Shown: positions 11,466 through 24,544, numbered from the stretch's first letter. The stretch: DNA of 64,000 bases from the human T2T-CHM13v2.0 reference genome, Homo sapiens (GCF_009914755.1 NC_060937.1); one strand, 5' to 3'. Program-made: numbers and translations. The notes: generated by a model not told the origin, from the letters alone.

Positions 11466-12229
11466 TTCTATATTCATAGGAGATGTGCCAAAAAGTGCCC
11501 ATTGATTTGAACTGAACTGGCTTGAACTTCAACACACTGGAATTATATCAAAGGCATCCCCAGAGATTTTGGAGAGGAAATGAAGCAAAACCTCTGTTTC
11601 CAGTTAGGGTGGAATTAACTCTGTAATTGAGTCTGGCAGAGTAACTGTGCAAGCTAGGAATTTTGATAAATGGTGTTTTGTGAGCTAAGGCAGGCTGATG
11701 TTTCAACATAAATGACACACTTGTTTCCAATTTCAGGGGAAGAGTTAAATTCTAAACCAAGGATGTCTTCATTTCCCTTTTTTTCCTTCTCTTCCTCTTG
11801 AGTTTAGAAATAACAGAGCCATCGAATGACAAGTAGGAAATTTCTCAATGGCTTCTCCCACAGCAGCAATGGATAACAAGAGAAAAACACATATCATGAG
11901 CAAAATGGGGAGGAATGAGTCCCAAAGCAACTATGCAGAAGCTGAAATAGGTTTAATCCTAGACATGGAAATCCTTGTTCATATCATGCCTTCCAAGTAA
12001 ATCTCTTTAAGGTCCACTCAAAGAACTCTGTCCTGGCTGCAGGATCCCCGCACCTGAGATCCCAGATCACTCTGGAGCATCCGAGGGAGCCTGAGAATCA
12101 GGGTTTGCACAGACCAGCTGGCTGTCCTCCTCCAGCCCTGGCTAATTCCCCCTGGGCCTTTCACGGTCCCTCAACAGCCACTCCAGGGAGATCAGGCATG
12201 GTGCATGGGAACACACTCAAGGTTGCTAT

Positions 12230-12430
12230 CTTGGTTAAGAGCAAGCGCTCTGGAATTAAATGCCTGGGCTTGAATCTTGGCTCCCCCCGCTTCCTAAAAG
12301 CCAAATACATGTTTGCCTCTCTAGGACTTAGTTTCCTCCTTTATGAACGAGGAATATGCAAAACTACTTTTGTGAGGAAAAAGTAAGAAAGTGGCTGGAA
12401 GAGCCGAGGGCAGGGCCTAGCACTTACCAG
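12230..12430 (+). mobile_element. MIR
   Basis: ggttaagagc...ctctgga...cctgggcttgaatcttggctc...ttagtttcctcctttatgaa. Confidence 0.75.
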
Positions 12431-14238
12431 TGAATAGGTGGCTTCCTACGGACCCTGCTTTCCATCTGAGCTCCACAGAGACTCTATCGGCTAGAAGCCC
12501 TGCAAGGCCCTTGCTGGGAAAGAAAAGAGCCAGCCAGATGCAAAGTGGGAAGTATTGATAATGTATAGAAAAGGACAGGAAGAGGGAAAAAAACCAGGAA
12601 GTAAGAAATGGTTGGACACCATAGACGCTTCCACCATGATGCACAATTCCTCTAGACTCCTCCAAAATTTCTAAAAGGAGAAACATAAGATAGCTGCTTC
12701 CCACATCCTCAAAATTCCTCTTCTGCGTTTTCTTTTAAACTGTGGGAGTTTAATGTGTTTGGAGAGACTTCTGCTAATTCAGATGACAGGAACAAGATCA
12801 TCAAGAAGTTGGTCAAGTGGTGATGTTTAAACAGTAAAACTTCCTTCACCCATGGGTCCTGTATTTGCTAATTTTGATTGAAATACCTATCCCATGGATA
12901 ATCTGCAAGTAGGAGGAACCTCACAATGTTCAATATGTTCCCTGCAATTTAAACTGCAAAGGCTTACGAAGCCCTGCCACCTGACCGGATCGCCTAGCTC
13001 TCATATCCTCATGAATCTCATACTTGACATCTTTCTTCTTCTGCTTCTCTCTCCTTCCCACTATCCCATCTTTGTATTAAAAAAATGCAAATAATAGGAA
13101 ATTGTTGTCCATTTTTACTGGTGACAACTGAATGCACAAGCACAGCATTTCTCACCTCATGTCGGCGGAGCATCTGAGGAGTGGGGGAGTGGGCCCACCC
13201 AAGACCGCACGGAGCCCGAGGACCCTGCCTGGGCTTGAGGCTGTCACACAGTCAGAATCCAAACACTGCACTTTCGTAGGCTCCTGAGTCTCAGATGTGC
13301 AATGCACAGCTTTGGCTTATATTCTTTAAAAACTCAAGCCCTATCAAGCATTATAGTAAAGGTGAAATTGTTTAATCTGATGGAAGAAGGAGTCTCAGGG
13401 GATTCAGAAGGAAGCAAACAAAACAGTGCATTTTTTTTTGTTCTCTCTTATCTTAAGCCCTGTATCTTAAGCCTTAAGAACATAAATAGAAGCCTTTATT
13501 TTGTATTTATGTACCTCTAAGTTGACAATATCGATATGCTCCACACATAATGATATATGTGTGCTTACCAGGATAAACTGAATTATAAAACCTGTTCATC
13601 TTCCTAGATGGACTCTTGTAAACTACAAATTCGGAAATCCTAAAAGCAAATCTTAATAGAACAAACACAGCAGTTCTGCCATGGAGGAGGATGTGGTGCT
13701 CTGGGACCGGAGCCCATAGGCTCCAGCTGTGATTTTAAAATATCATTTAAAAATAAAAAATCTGTCTCTCTGTGTGTATCTGTATCAAACTAACTGAAAT
13801 CAGTCTCCAAACTAACTCACACCAACTCAATTCTGATTTTGGTAATGTCTCGCCAATGTTCAGGGAAAATAATTACATGTGGATCTGGTATCTGTCCCTG
13901 ATGAATGCTGCTGCAGATAAACATATCAGCTTTCCCCAGCAAGCTCGTGTGATTTCTCGTAACTGCTTTACAATAACAACAGCCACGTCTCCGAAACATC
14001 ATGTCCTTGTCTCAGGAGATCAATCTACAAAGCATATCTAGTGTTTACCTGTTCAGTAAGGGCATATTAAAAAGAGTCAGATTCCAGAGAAAATGGAGAA
14101 AAATATAATAAATGGAAATCGTTGTTTTTTTTATTTTTTAAGGTAATCAGTCCATTTAGATATCAAACCACAACCTTACTGGTTCTGAAATGGGCATGGT
14201 AATCTTGAGCCTACTGACTATTCTCTTATTGTACACAG

Positions 14239-14288
14239 TATATTTGAGGAGTGGAAGGAGCAGTTGCTCTAAATTTCATGCAATACAG
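14239..14288 (+). other. Candidate 50-bp spliced exon (non-coding or UTR)
   Basis: Branch-like TACTGAC 14212-14218, ttctcttattgtacacAG acceptor, consensus donor CAG|GTAAGT at 14288/14289. Confidence 0.4.
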
Positions 14289-14546
14289 GTAAGTAATTAA
14301 GTTTTTTTTGGTACAAATATAGGAAATATATGCAAATGTAGAGTGTATTCCATGGTTTCTACATACTCATAACCTGTAGCACGTTATAGTTCTGGGCTTC
14401 CAAACTGGTCAAAACTTTAATAAAAAATAAGTTTTAAAAATCACATATACATATTAGATGTAAATATATAGACACACATACATGCACACATATATATAAT
14501 CCCAAACCTGAAAGTCAAGAATTTACCAAAGATATAAAAGAGGGAT

Positions 14547-14940
14547 TGTCTTATTCTATTTTCTGTTGCTATAACAGAATACTACAGACTGAAGAGTTTA
14601 TAAAGAAAAAAAAACACTTCTTACCATTTTGGAGGCTGGAAAATCTAATATGAAGGCACAGGCATCCAGTAAGGGCACCTTCCTGCACCGTAACTCGGCA
14701 GAGCACACACCAGTAAGAGAGCAAGAGCATGCCAAACCAGCTTTTAAACGGACCTACTCCCAGGATAACCCCTTAATCCAGTCACCCACTAATTCACTAG
14801 TCCGCGAATGGATTAACCCACTCATGACGGCAAACCCCTCATGATCCAATCACCTCTTAAAGGTCCTACCTCTTAATACTGTTACATTGGAGATTAAGGT
14901 TCAACATGAGTTTTGAGGGGGACAAACATTCAAAGCAATG
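14547..14940 (-). mobile_element. MST-family (MaLR) solo LTR
   Basis: tgtcttattctattttctgttgctataacagaatac...caatcacctcttaaagg...caacatgagttttgagggggacaaacattcaaa. Confidence 0.9.
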
Positions 14941-15439
14941 TGGGGATCTTACAGAGCTAAGTAAAATAACATAGTGATATACAGTCAGAAAATTACTTGA
15001 ATAAATGAGAATGTATTCCACAATTGAATACTTCTAAGTCACCAAAATAGTGTTGGACACATTTATTTGATGACGGAAAGCTGCTTCTCAAATAATGTTA
15101 AATGGAGAGAAGAAAATCTGGCTACAAGACATTATGCAAGGTATGATTGCTTTTTTATAAAAGAAACAAAATGCATAAAACTCTGGAATAATAATTACCA
15201 GAGTTTTAACTGTGATTAGCTCTGGCATGGGAATTGTGGGGTGCTTTTCTTTCTTATTTTCTATATTTAGTAATTTATCTTTCTTGAACATAAGTGGCTT
15301 TTTCTTCATAAAAGGAATAAATGGGTGTTAAGAGAGATGGAGATAGGGTGGGAGGCAGCTAGGTTGAGGGACAGTACATTGAGATTATCTAGTGAGCCTC
15401 TGAAAACAGGTGTAAGTTGTGGAAGTTAATGAAGTTACC

Positions 15440-17452
15440 AACAAGAAGTAACCTAACTGAAAAAGAAATTTTAAACATCCCATTTATGATAGCATCAAAA
15501 ACTAAATTTAACCAAGGAGGTAAAAGGTCTGGACACTGAAAACGATATAACATGAATGAAAGAAATTGAAGAAGACACAAATACATGGAAAAATAAATTC
15601 AAAAAATCAATGTGATTAAAATGTCTATACTACCCAAAGCAATATGGAGAGTCAATGCAATCCCTATCAAAACCCCAATGGCATTCTTCACAGAAATAGA
15701 AAAACCTATCCTAAAATTCATATGGAACCACAGAAGACCCCAAATAGCCAAAACAGTTCTAAGAAAGAAAAACCAAATTGGAGACATCACATTTCCTCAC
15801 TTAAAATTATATTACAAAACTATTATCATCGAATAGTTCGGTACTGGTATAAAAACACACACAACAGGCCAGTGGAACAGAATGAAAAGCCTAGAAATAA
15901 ATCCAAACATATAGGATCAACTAATTTTTCACAAGGGACATATGGGGACACAATGAGGAAAGAGTAGTCTGTCCAATAAATGGTGTTGAGAAAACTGAAT
16001 ATTTGTGTGCAAAAGAATGAAATGGAATTCTTTTCTTACACAAGGCAGAAAAATCAACTCCAAATGGATTAAAAATTCTTAACATAAGACCAAAAACTAT
16101 AAAACTCCTAGAAAAGAGGGGAAATCTTTCTGGACATTAGGTCTTGGCAAGGATGTTTTTGGTTATCACACCAGAAGCTCAAGTCACAAAAGCAAAAATG
16201 AATACATAGTACTACATCAAACTAAAAAGAACTGTTTCCTGCAGAGCAAAGGAAACAATCAACAAAATGAAACAGCAACCAACAGACCCGGAAAAAAATA
16301 TTTGCAAACCGTATATCTGATCAGGGATTAATATCCAAAATATATAAAGAACTCATACAACTCAATAGTGGAAACACAAATAACCTAATTTTTAAAATAG
16401 GCAAAACACCTGAATAGACATTTCTCCAAAGAATACATAGAAATCACCAACAGGCATAGGAAACGTGCTCCACATCATTAATCATCAAGGAAGTGCAAAT
16501 CAAAACCACTGTGCGATATCACCTACACCCTTTAGGATGGCTATTACCAGAGACAAGTGATAAATGTTTGCAGAGTGTGGAGAAAAGAGAATTCTTGTAC
16601 ACTGTTGGTAGGAATGTAGATTGGAAGAGCCATTCTGGAAAACAAAATGGAGCTTCCTTAAATAAATGAAAAATAGAACTACCATAAGACCCAGCAACCC
16701 TCTTCTGGGTATATATCCAACAGAGAGGAAATGGCTACCTTATAAAAATATTGGCACTCCCATGTGCACTGCAGCATTATTTACAGTAGCCAAGGTATGG
16801 AAACCACCTAAGTGTCCATTGACAGACAAATGGATGAAGAAATTCCTCGATGAGATTGGAGATTATTATTCTAAGTGAAGTAACTCAGGAACAGAAAACC
16901 AAACATCGTGTGTTCCCACTGACATACGGAAGCTAAGCTATGAGGATGCAAAGGCATAAGAATGACACAACGGACTTTGAGGACTTAGGGGGAAGGCTGG
17001 GAGGAGGATGAGGGATAAAGGACTACAAATATGGTGCAGTGTATACTGCTCAGGTGATGGGTGCGCCAAAATCTCACAAATCACCACAAAAGAACCTACT
17101 CATGTAACCAAATATCACCTGTTCCCCAATACCTTATGGAAAAATAAAATAATAAACTAAAATAAATAATGTCACATATGTACAACAGAATGTTATTTGG
17201 ACCTCATAAAGAATGAGATCATCCCATATGCCACAACATCGATGAGGCTAGAGGACATTATGCTAAGTGGAATAAACCAGACACAGTAAGAAAAATATTG
17301 CATGATCTCACTCATATGTGGAATCTAAAAAGAAAAATTCAAATGGAGATAGAAAATAAAGCAGGGTTCTGGGGAGATGCAAGTTGGAGGACACAACGTA
17401 GCCCACATGCAAGATGAACACCTCTAGAGATTTCAGGCACGAAATGAGGACA
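15440..17452 (+). mobile_element. L1MA-type LINE-1 ORF2/3' region, interrupted by L1PB
   Basis: ORF 15612..15836 [38 protein letters not shown] is L1 ORF2; sequence resumes after ~17168. Confidence 0.9.
16845..17167 (+). mobile_element. L1PB 3' end nested in L1MA
   Basis: gctaagctatgaggatgcaaaggcataagaatgacaca...ctcacaaatcaccac...catgtaaccaaa, A-rich tail. Confidence 0.85.
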
Positions 17453-18429
17453 CTAAGGGCCCTGACCACCCTGGAGTAAGAGCTGACACTACTGCCTTCC
17501 CCTGCCTCGGGGGATCATCACCAGCCACCCAGTGGGTGAAGAGGAACAGTAAGAAAGAAGCCATGGGGCTTCCCGCAATAGCTCGGTGTGGTAGAGTCTA
17601 TCTAAATGCAGAATACTTTGATGGAAGTTACTGGCTGGGTCACTGCCACTGAGTCTCTATCAGGAGCTGGGACAGGGTGGCTCCCATGCCTGGTTCCACA
17701 GCCAGAGACCTTGCTGAGTGACATGCAGATTTGAGGGACATGGCTCATCTTCCTGCCTGCTACTCTCTAGGGCTCACTGATGAATTTCTAGTGACAGTGT
17801 GTTCTAGAAGTTAGCTCCAACTATAAAACATTTTTTCAGGTCTTCCACTTTCTGAACAATCTGATCCTAAAGCCACTGTGTGTATCCAAACAAGGGGGAT
17901 ATCCGCACCGATGGAAGGGACCACAGAGGAACATAGTGAGCAAGGATGGGATTGGGGGAGGTTTGCAAGAGCCCGAGCTGGGCATTGGTAGGGGACGGTG
18001 GCGGTCCACATGGCTGGGTCATGGTGTCAGAGCCCCAGTGCAATGAGGACCGGGCTCCTGCAGGAGTAGGACCATGGGACTTTCAGCCTGAGTAGGGTAG
18101 AGAGAGTGTCCAAGCAGGGGAAGGGACTGAATGGAAGGGTGGCAGGCACCCAGAAAAATGAATGGGGTTTAAGGGGGAAGCAGCTGGAGCAAAGTGTGCC
18201 TCTGGGCAGGGCAAGGAGGGCTTCGGTGTAGGAAGGGAGGAAAAGGGGCTTTCATGTGGGCGGATGGTCCAGACAGGAATGGCACAGCATTACTGGGCAG
18301 GGAGGATGCTGGCCTGGGATGCAGGCCAGTGCCTGGCCTCAGAGATCATACAGAATTTGGAATCGGACTGTGCAGGGGGAGGTGGCAATGCTGATAGAAA
18401 ATGGCAGGGGTGGCACAGGGTGTGAATGA

Positions 18430-18554
18430 GAGTCACAAATATACAAAGGAAGAAAGTGGGGTGGACTCTGAGGTGCTTGAGTGAACTGAAGATATTAGCA
18501 CCAACTCATGGCTTTCCATATAGACAGAGCTAGAGACAAACATAGACATAAACA

Positions 18555-18594
<40 letters not shown>

Positions 18595-19600
18595 TATATG
18601 CATATGCTGTCCAGCTCTGTGCACTGAGGTACACCCAGATCATGGTATCTAAAGCCCATTCTCCTCTTGGGATTCAGCTCTTTTTGGAGAACCAGCTGAC
18701 CCATGATCCAGAGCAGGCAGGGTCCACAATGACTCAGAAACATCTTGAGCACCTGCTCAGAGAATGACAACACACGGGCCAGTGGGAACAGCTTCCAAAC
18801 CCCAGCAAAGGTGAACAGTAAGATAAGTAATGATAATTCCAGGTTATAATCCAATAAATAAGATAGAAAACTACACATCCATACTGACATAAATACAACA
18901 TAAATGAATAAATTAAACGTTGAATGAAGAGCAGAGTATTTACACAGTTTTAAGCTAGTCCTCCATGTAATACTAATTAATTACAAAGGAAGAAAGGAGT
19001 GAAGAAACCACAGACACCACCTCCATCAGGTCACCAGTGTGAACATCGTCAGTAACCGGGCAAATTGCAGTCCTGCCGACCTGAGAGCACGGAGTGAGGC
19101 GGTCCCAGGGTCGCTCCTGGGTTCTCCTGCCAAGGACGCTAAACCTGAATCTGCTCATGAGGAAGCATCAGGCAGCCCCGTGCTGGGGGAAATCCTGCAA
19201 TGTAACTGGCCTAGAGCCATTAGAGTGTCAAGGCCACGAAAGTCACAGAAAGACTGAGGAACTTTTCCAGGTGAATGGAGCCTAATAAAACACAACAGCC
19301 AAATGCAGCATGTAGCTCTGAGATGGTTCCTTTTGTTTTTAAGGATGTCTGGGGGCAAATATGAACAGGGTCTGAGAATTAGGCATTAGGAATATATCAA
19401 CGTTGATTATCTGATTCTGTTAACTCTACTGTGGTTGTGTAGGAGCATATTTGTGTTGGTACAAAATACACACTAAAGTATTCGTATTCAGGGATGACAA
19501 GATATCATGCAGGCAACTTACTCTCAAAAGGTCCAGCAAAAAAAAAATTATTTCTGTTGTCCTTGCAACTATTTTGTAAGTAGTTTGTACTTGTTAGGAA
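18430..19600 (+). mobile_element. L1MC4-like 3' region
   Basis: caaatgcagcatgt...atatcaacgttgatt...tactgtggttgtgtaggag...aaatacacactaaagtatt...caacttactctcaaa. Confidence 0.7.
18557..18592. repeat. (TG)18 microsatellite
   Basis: Perfect dinucleotide run. Confidence 0.98.
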
Positions 19601-20170
19601 AAAAAAAATTCAGACTTCTTATAACTAATATCCTTATGTGTGAAGAAATGATAAAAATTTCCAATGAAAATAAATTCCCAAACACCTGGGCAGCCTCTGC
19701 ACCCATTTGGTAAACTCCTGGCTTTCATGCGCTGTAGTTTTGACCTGCAGTGGTTCCCAGGTCACATGAGTCTCTGCTGTAATGAGACAGGTATGCCTCA
19801 CGATGTCAGTGCATGGCATCATGATGAAAACCCCCCTAAGTTTGCCAGTGTCCTCAGTAAAGGACAGTGAGACCAACAGATGATATCCATCAGCTGCCAA
19901 CCCAGGAGGGCTGGAAAGATTGCCTAGCCCTACCAGTGTGGGTCAAGTAATTTTTGTTCTTGGAATCTAGTCAAACGAACACCCAATAGGAAGAGATCAG
20001 AGAATCTTAGGACCCAGGATAAGGGCAGCACTAAAAATAACCAAAGGTATCATTTATTCTGTGTGATAAACCTCCCACTCACCCCATCGCGTGCCATCAT
20101 CGCAATAGTCTGGGGAAGTGAGTACCGTTACTATCTCATATGGGCCATGAGAAACTGAAAGCTCAGAAAG

Positions 20171-21047
20171 GAACTCCAACAAATTTACAAGAAAAAAACA
20201 AACAACCCCATCAACAAGTGGGTGAAGGATATGAACAGACACTTCTCAAAAGAAGACATTTATGCAGCCAAAAAACACATGAAAAAATGCTCATCATCAC
20301 TGGCCATCAGAGAAATGCAAATCAAAACCACAATGAGATACCATCTCACACCAGTTAGAATGGTGATCATTAAAAAGTCAGGAAACAACAGGTGCTGGAG
20401 AGGATGTGGAGAAACAGGAACACTTTTACACTGTTGGTGGGACTGCAAACTAGTTCAACCATTGTGGAAGTCAGTGTGGCGATTCCTCAGGGATCTAGAA
20501 CTAGAAATACCATTTGACCCAGCCATCCCATTACTGGGTATATACCCAAAGGATTATAAATCATACTGCTATAAAGACACATGCACACGTATGTTTACTG
20601 CAGCACTATTCACAATAGCAAAGACTTGGAACCAACCCAAATGTCCAACAATGATAGACTGGATTAAGAAAATGTGGCACATATACACCATGGAATACTA
20701 TGCAGCCATAAAAAATGATGAGTTCATGTCCTTTGTAGGGACATGGATGAAGCTGGAAACCATCATTCTCAGCAAACTATCACAAGGACAAAAAACCAAA
20801 CACCGCATGTTCTCACTCATAGGTGGGAACTGAACAATGAGAACACATGGACACAGGAAGGGGAACATCACACACTGGGGCCTGTTGTGGGGTGGGGGTA
20901 GGGGGGAGGGTAGCATTTGGAGATATACCTAATGTTAAATGACGACTTAATGGGTGCAGCACACCAACATGGCACATGTATACATATGTAACTAACCTGC
21001 ACGTTGTGCACATGTACCCTAAAACTTAAAGTATAAAAAAAAAAAAA
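20171..21047 (+). mobile_element. Young 5'-truncated L1PA (L1PA4-like)
   Basis: Uninterrupted 203-aa ORF2 C-terminus (20222..20833, ...RMFSLIGGN*), complete 3'UTR with G-rich tract and poly(A). Confidence 0.97.
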
Positions 21048-22214
21048 CTTGGCTACTGTCACTCCACCGTGTGTATTCATCTCCTAAGGGAGATGCTTAC
21101 ATTCAAAGGGGGTGCAATTATTCTCTCTCTCTCCCTCACAGAGTAGGAACCTGAGACACAGAAATGATCAGCGGGCTGCCTGAGATCACATGGCTAATGA
21201 GGGATGAATTGAACATTCTCAAATTCTCATTCACCACCAACTCCTCATGTCCTGTGCTGCCCCACCTCCCAGGTGGGACTTGCAGGTCTTTTAAGAACTT
21301 GCATTCATTGACACTATTTTGACGACAGTAAACTGGTAGCAAAATTAATGTGAGCACATTCAAATACAATTTATTTTTTAAGCAGCCTGGGAGAGTGGAA
21401 AAAGCACTCCTGGGCTCAGCCTCCATCACCTGCTAGCTGTGAGCTTCTGTACAATCTCTTCACTTTTTCCAATCCCCCCAATGTCCTTCCTTAGATTGAA
21501 ATCGACTCTTTAGAATCAGCACATTCAAGGAGGTAAAGTCACAGCTTGTCTTGCAGCCCAAACCTCCCATCCAATAGGCCCATGGCAAAGAACCCACAGG
21601 CTGGGAGCTTCGCATCAGGCGTCCTTGTTTTTGTTTGAGCCTTTTCTTTCAAATATATGGATAATGACCACGTTTGGGGCTAAACATAAAGCATTCTATT
21701 CATTAGGACCATGTCACGGACTTGTGGCATGTGGGAAATATTACCATGGCTACGGAGGAGGTGCGTGTGGATGCTGGCAGCGGGGAGGGAGCCCATGCCT
21801 GCCTGGTTGCTGCTAAACAATAAGTCAATCTGTGTTTCACTGGGGTGTTAGTGTTCTGTTCCCTCTCACCTCCTGGAGACCAAGGATGTCTCCCTGACAT
21901 CAAGCTGAGCAGTGGGAAGCTGAGATATGAGAGAAGAAAGGGCCTCCGGGGGACTGTGTGCAGGTGATGGCCCTGGAGCTTCCATTCAATTATTCCACCA
22001 GCATGCACCGAGTGACTGCCATGTGCAAAGCAAGCCAGCAGTAAGCTACATTCTATCAAGGAGACAATATGGAGAAACTCTGCAAGGAGCTTCCACACAC
22101 CGGATGCCCTTTCATCACTCAAAGACATAGTTTCCATGCCAGTCTTAGGGCAGTAAGTGAAAGGCTACAATTAGAACAGACGAATCCCAAAACGCAGAGC
22201 CTCTGCTGTGCGCG

Positions 22215-22400
22215 AACCATGAGTCAGCACCTCCACGGTGCACTAAGCGTGAGCTGGCACCTCCACGGTGCACTAAGCGTGAGCTGGCACCTCCACGGTG
22301 CACTAACCGTGAGCTGGCACCTCCACGGTGCACTAAGCATGAGCTGGCACCTCCACGGTGCACCAACCGTGAGCTGGCACCTCCACGGAGCACTAACCAT
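22215..22400. repeat. 30-bp VNTR, ~6 copies
   Basis: Unit gagctggcacctccacggtgcactaa(g/c)c(g/a)t at 22221, 22251, 22281, 22311, 22341 and 22371. Confidence 0.97.
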
Positions 22401-23224
22401 GTGTAGGCTTTGAACTAGTCTGTTCTGGAACCTTGCTTTGCTCAGGAGGTTTTTTCCTGTTCCTTCCCTGTGTCCAGTCCTCTTGAGAGAGGAAAACCAA
22501 ACCATGCTGCCGCTATTCCCTTTCTTGATAACAATCTGAAATCATTCTGGCCAAACTGGGATGGGCACAGTGCTTTTCCACATTGACTTTTTTTCTGCTT
22601 CCCATGTTTAGGCTCAAATTTCTAAAACGGACCAGAGATGTAAAAGGGATATTCAAGTATAAAGTCCTGTATAAACGTAAGGCATAAATATTATGATCCT
22701 CATCACTTTTAGGAGAGTGAGGTAGAATGATGATTTTAAAAATTAGGAACAAAGTTACTTCTTTGATCTCTTTATTAGCCACTTCTAATAATCCCTGTCC
22801 CACTCATCCTAAAACCTCCAGCCCCCTCCAGTCTCCCATCCAGCCACACACAGAATTACCACAATCTAAATGCGCCCTTTGAATCAGACAATACTCCTAT
22901 TGCTATTAATAATAATATATTGGTTAGTCACCATTATAAAGATTTTACAAAATACATTTATGGCATCACCAGCCAACATATAACAGGTTACTTTTATTAA
23001 GTTGCATTTGTTATCCCTGATCTTCACAGGATTCTTACAAGACAGGTATTAATATGCCCACTTTTATGGTTGGGGAAGGATGATTCACAGTTATGGAAAC
23101 TTGCTCATACTCAGGAGGAAGCTAAGCCATCTTTCTGGCCCACTACCATTGTTTGATTTCACAGTGCTGGACAGCTGGTGTCACCCTCAGAGGCCATAGG
23201 TAACCACATCCCCAGATCCTTAAC

Positions 23225-23420
23225 AGCCAGGCCCCCCGCCACCACATAACTTTGGGAAACACGGAAGCCCGGAATGCAGCCCCATGGGCTCTAATCCAGG
23301 TCAACTGGGTGGGACACCCCGCCCCCGCGTACAGGCACCCCCACCCCGCCCCTGCTACCTCTCTAGGTCTGAAAGCCCCAGCAATAAGTCTCATCGGACC
23401 CGAGCTGCGATTATTTATGC
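23225..23420. promoter_or_regulatory. GC-box/KLF-SP-rich promoter- or enhancer-like segment
   Basis: ccccgccccc ~23317, ccccaccccgcccc ~23339, ETS-like cggaag, local CpG retention. Confidence 0.45.
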
Positions 23421-23479
23421 CTTCCTTTCATCTTTGCTTCGGTCTCTTGGTCAGGGTGATTTCTTCATCCTTTTTGTAG

Positions 23480-23595
23480 AAGGCTTCCCTTTGCATTAGC
23501 AGCTTTGCTATAGTTCTAGAATAAATGAGCACAGGAAGAAGACGCTGTCATACGGGACCGATCCGTGTCCACATGAAGTCATCAGATCGGTATGG
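23480..23595 (+). other. Candidate non-coding exon (116 bp)
   Basis: Acceptor atttcttcatcctttttgtAG; donor TGG|GTGAGT; stops in all three frames. Confidence 0.35.
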
Positions 23596-24439
23596 GTGAG
23601 TGGCAGGCAAATCCGGTGTGGGGAAGCGGCAAAGCCTGAGGAGCCTGCACTTATCAAAGATTAAACACTTTCAGGTTCTTTAAAGGACAAACTCTGAGTT
23701 TTCCCAGCGTAGTATTTGAGCTATTTGAGGGTCTGAAAAGATATCACACAGGTTACCCTGCGTTTTGACAGCCTTTCCTTACTTTAATCCAAGCCTGTGG
23801 CAAACTGGTTGTAAACTATTACTGAAGAAATGGCTCTATATTTCTATTCTCTCTCTCTTTCTCCCTCTCTTCCCGTTTGAAATGAAAACACAGTTCTTTC
23901 ATTAGCTCATTAAAAAATTTACTCCTTTGTGAATATTTTGAAATCACAGAGCAGATATATATTTTATATCAAAGACTCCAGTGAAATATTGATCACCTGT
24001 GTGTTTCACTCCCTAAATTCACCATAACTGTGCCTACGTGGCTTGTTTCAAATACACATCTTACCCTCCAGTTTGAAGTTTAAATCATTGTGGTAGGCGT
24101 TGTACAGAGGATTGCTTTTTTATTTTCTGTGCTTAAGTGCAGGGCAGCCAAAACAAGAACATAATTATATCGTCAGAGTCGATAAGCGCATCAAGCCTCT
24201 ATCAGATCTTGCTGGGCTCAGCAACTGCCTCACAGGAAGTGCTGGGGAGCTCTTCCGCCACCAAATCCATTTGGCTCTATTTAGGAACTAAGTACAGGAA
24301 GGTAGTTATTGTACAAGATTAGTTTCCTGTAGGCCATAAATTGGCAGTAGCAGAAAAATACAGGATGAATTTATTAGCGTGCAAGGTCAGCTAGAAGGAA
24401 GACAAGGCTGAGCGATTGCGCTTGTTTTCTTTCATTTAG

Positions 24440-24544
24440 CCCACCTCCTGGACCTCAGGGCTGAAAAAGACCCTCTAACTACTTAATTACTTCTTAATAG
24501 TTTTAAGCAAATTCAAAAGGCCTGCGCGTTGCTAAGTGCCTGAG
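24440..24544 (+). other. Candidate non-coding exon (105 bp)
   Basis: Acceptor cttgttttctttcatttAG; donor GAG|GTAAGA; stops in all three frames. Confidence 0.4.

Noticed and set aside
11021-11535. His/Thr-rich and Cys/Val-rich ORFs
   Set aside because: Translation of the TG/CA minisatellite
17840-17960. Plus-strand exon after aacattttttcAG
   Set aside because: No convincing donor (gag|gtttgc is weak)
20222-20833. 203-aa ORF as a host gene
   Set aside because: It is the C-terminus of L1 ORF2 in a 5'-truncated element with no promoter, ORF1, EN or RT
22215-22400. CRISPR-like array, REST/RE1 sites, or 10-aa repeat proteins (22069..22413, 22145..22393, 22224..22505)
   Set aside because: Units are head-to-tail with no unique spacers and no cas genes, in primate DNA; TCAGCACC lacks the GGACAG half of RE1; ORFs are a by-product of a 30-bp stop-free unit
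23359-23732. Minus-strand exon starting at acceptor atatcttttcAG (23733)
   Set aside because: Only a weak donor (GAG|GTAGCA) found; + strand signals in the same area are stronger
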